Source: Haliotis rufescens (taxonomy: Eukaryota). Taken from it: a stretch of DNA of 64,000 nucleotides. Position 1 is the stretch's first letter. Each line of letters starts with the position of its first letter. The notes under the pieces are model-generated. The model searched no databases, was not told where the DNA came from, and was given only the letters and a program-made list of their open reading frames with translations. The translations under genes and the position numbers were made by a program. Below are positions 62,101-64,000 of this stretch, one piece after another. The stretch is from the NCBI RefSeq assembly GCF_023055435.1, contig NW_025964223.1, forward strand, positions 36,828,001-36,892,000. The letters are read 5' to 3'.

Positions 62101-63575
62101 CTGAAAACCCCAGGGAGATACCTGCAAGGGGTACTGGGGACTTGTTCTTCGTCCTGCAAACCCAAGGGAGATACCTGCAAGGGGTACTGGGGACTTGTTC
62201 TTACCCTGAAAACCCCAGGGAGATACCTGCAAGGGGTACTGGGGACTTGTTCTTACCCTGAAAACCCCAGGGAGATACCTGCAAGGAGTACTGGGGACTT
62301 GTTCTTACCCTGACAACCCCAGGGAGATACCTGCAAGGGGTACTGGGGACTTGTTCTTCTTCCTGCAAACCCAAGGGAGATACCTGCAAGGGGTACTCGG
62401 GACCTGTTCTTACCCTGAAAACACCAGGGAGATACAAGCAAGGGGTACTGGGGACTTGTTCTTACCCTGAAAACCCCAGGGAGATACCTGCAAGGGGTAC
62501 ATGGGACCTGTTCTTACCCTGATAACCCCAGGGAGATACAAGCAAGGGGTACTGGGGACATGTTCTTCGTCCTGCAAACCCAAGGGAGATACCTGCAAGG
62601 GGTACTGGGGACCTGTTCTTACCCTGAAAACCCCAGGGGGATACCTGCAAGGGGTACTGGGGACTTGTTCTTACCCTGAAAACCCGAGGGAGATACCTGC
62701 AAGGGGTACTGGGGACCTGTTCTTACCCTGAAAACCCCAGGGAGATACAAGCAAGGGGTACTGGGGACTTGTTCTTACCCTGAAAACCCCAGGGAGATAC
62801 CTGCAAGGGATACTGGGGACTTGTTCTTACCCTGACAACCCCAGGGAGATACCTGCAAGGGGAACTGGGGACCTGTTCTTACCCTGAAAACCCCAGGGAG
62901 ATACAAGCAAGGGGTACTGGGGACCTGTTCTTACCCTGAAAACCCCAGGGATATACCTGCAAGGGGTACTGGGGACCCGTTCTTCCCCTGAAAACCCCAG
63001 GGAGATACAAGCAAGGGGTACTGGGGACCTGTTCTTCCCCTGAAAACCCCAGGGAGATACCTGCAAGGGGTACTGGGGACTTGTTCTTACCCTGAAAACC
63101 CCAGGGAGATACCTGCAAGGGATACTGGGGAGTTGTTCTTCGAATTCCCCTGAAAACCCCAGGGAGATACAAGCAAGGGGTACTGGGGACTTGTTCTTAC
63201 CCTGAAAACCCCAGGGAGATACCTGCAAGGGGTACTGGGGACCTGTTCTTCCCCTGAAAACCCCAGGGAGATACAAGCAAGGGGTACTGGGGACCTGTTC
63301 TTACCCTGAAAACCACAGGGAGATACCTGCAAGGGGTACTGGGGACTTGTTCTTCCCTTGAGAACCCCAGGGAGATACAAGCAAGGGGTACCTTGGGACT
63401 TGTTCTTACCCTGCAAACCCCATGGAGATACAAGCAAGGGGTACTGGGGACCTGTTCTTACCCTGAAAACCCCAGGGAGATACAAGCAAGGGGTACCTTG
63501 GGACTTGTTCTTACCCTGCAAACCCCAGGGAGATACCTGCAAGGGGTACTGGGGACCTGTTCTTCGCCCTGAAAA
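59183..63575. repeat. 52-bp minisatellite (58-bp variants), about 84 copies, filling almost a whole intron
   Basis: Unit ccctgaaaaccccagggagatac(aa/ct)gcaaggggtactggggacctgttctt(c/a). Confidence 0.97.
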
Positions 63576-63580
63576 CTTAC

Positions 63581-63657
63581 CAGAAGTGCTGCGGACAACA
63601 TTGTGCTCAGGAGATAATGGCTGTTTCTTCCTTTTCTTTCTCTTTGAGCCCAGATTG
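63581..63657 (-). CDS. ASK-family MAP3K post-kinase exon
   Basis: ttctcag / gtaagt; NLGSKRKKRKKQPLSPEHNVVRSTS; joins the next exon to form RSTSEP, compare RSISLP in human ASK1. Confidence 0.85.
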
Positions 63658-64000
63658 CTGAGAATTAAAGATGAACATCATTAAAAAAGCACTTATGTTC
63701 TGTTGCTCACCAGGTATATAACAGGTCAGCTGACAGTTATATATAGTCAGACCCCAGTATCTCAAACCTAGCGGGACCATGTTGACCATAACTTAGAGAT
63801 ATCCGGACTTCAGAGATTGTGAGGCATAGACAGCAAGACACATCAAGTAACAGTATCATAGATCCATAGCAATATGATTGCACACACGAGAAGTTAAGAA
63901 CACAACATGTGTTTGCAATGACAAATTGAAGTTCCTTTCTACTGTCCACTTGATAAAAAAACAAAGTGTCACTCTCATCCCAATCTTGTTAATTCACCAT

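Larger units (their letters stand above)
27151..63657 (-). other. 3' half of an ASK-family MAP3K gene (MAP3K5/MAP3K15-like); kinase domain lies beyond the window end
   Basis: 17 exons join in frame with GT-AG borders: RSTSEP, GFFLLRKDSERRSTL, IQPHWMFALD, TSGVSS, coiled coil RLLKELVE...HRSIEEK, SAM LVSWL...YTLPDLL...GGVLCRLWRA. Paralogue cannot be assigned by eye. Confidence 0.93.

Noticed and set aside
59130-63542. Many overlapping ORFs up to 346 aa
   Set aside because: They come from a stop-poor 52-bp repeat cycling through three frames; only 59057-59120 has exon features.
1-63575. CRISPR array interpretation of the tandem repeats
   Set aside because: Units are contiguous with no unique spacers, there are no cas genes, and the context is spliceosomal introns.

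Overview
Eukaryotic (animal) genomic DNA, not prokaryotic. From recollection the repeat complement looks molluscan, possibly abalone-like; I could not test this. The right 37 kb holds the 3' half of an ASK-family MAP kinase kinase kinase gene (MAP3K5/6/15 type) on the minus strand. I reconstructed 17 phase-consistent GT-AG coding exons from 63657 to the stop at 27151, covering the post-kinase RSTSEP 14-3-3-type site, a linker of small symmetric exons, the FLLRKDSERR/PHWMFALD region, a coiled coil and a C-terminal SAM domain. The rest is dense in mobile elements, all apparently defective. These are two DIRS tyrosine-recombinase retrotransposons (one with both ITRs and an ICR but split by a hAT fragment, one truncated and fused to a mariner end), two near full-length Tc1 copies plus a remnant, Penelope-like remnants, a probable non-autonomous IS3EU element, several MITEs, probable Helentron-type fragments and four families of short retroposon. 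Seven minisatellite families (26-60 bp units) are present. The most unusual pattern is that several intronic minisatellites start exactly at exon-intron borders and copy splice signals tens of times (decoy donors, AG|GT motifs, one in-frame alternative donor). No CRISPR, rRNA or genuine tRNA genes were found. All calls are by eye, with no database searches.
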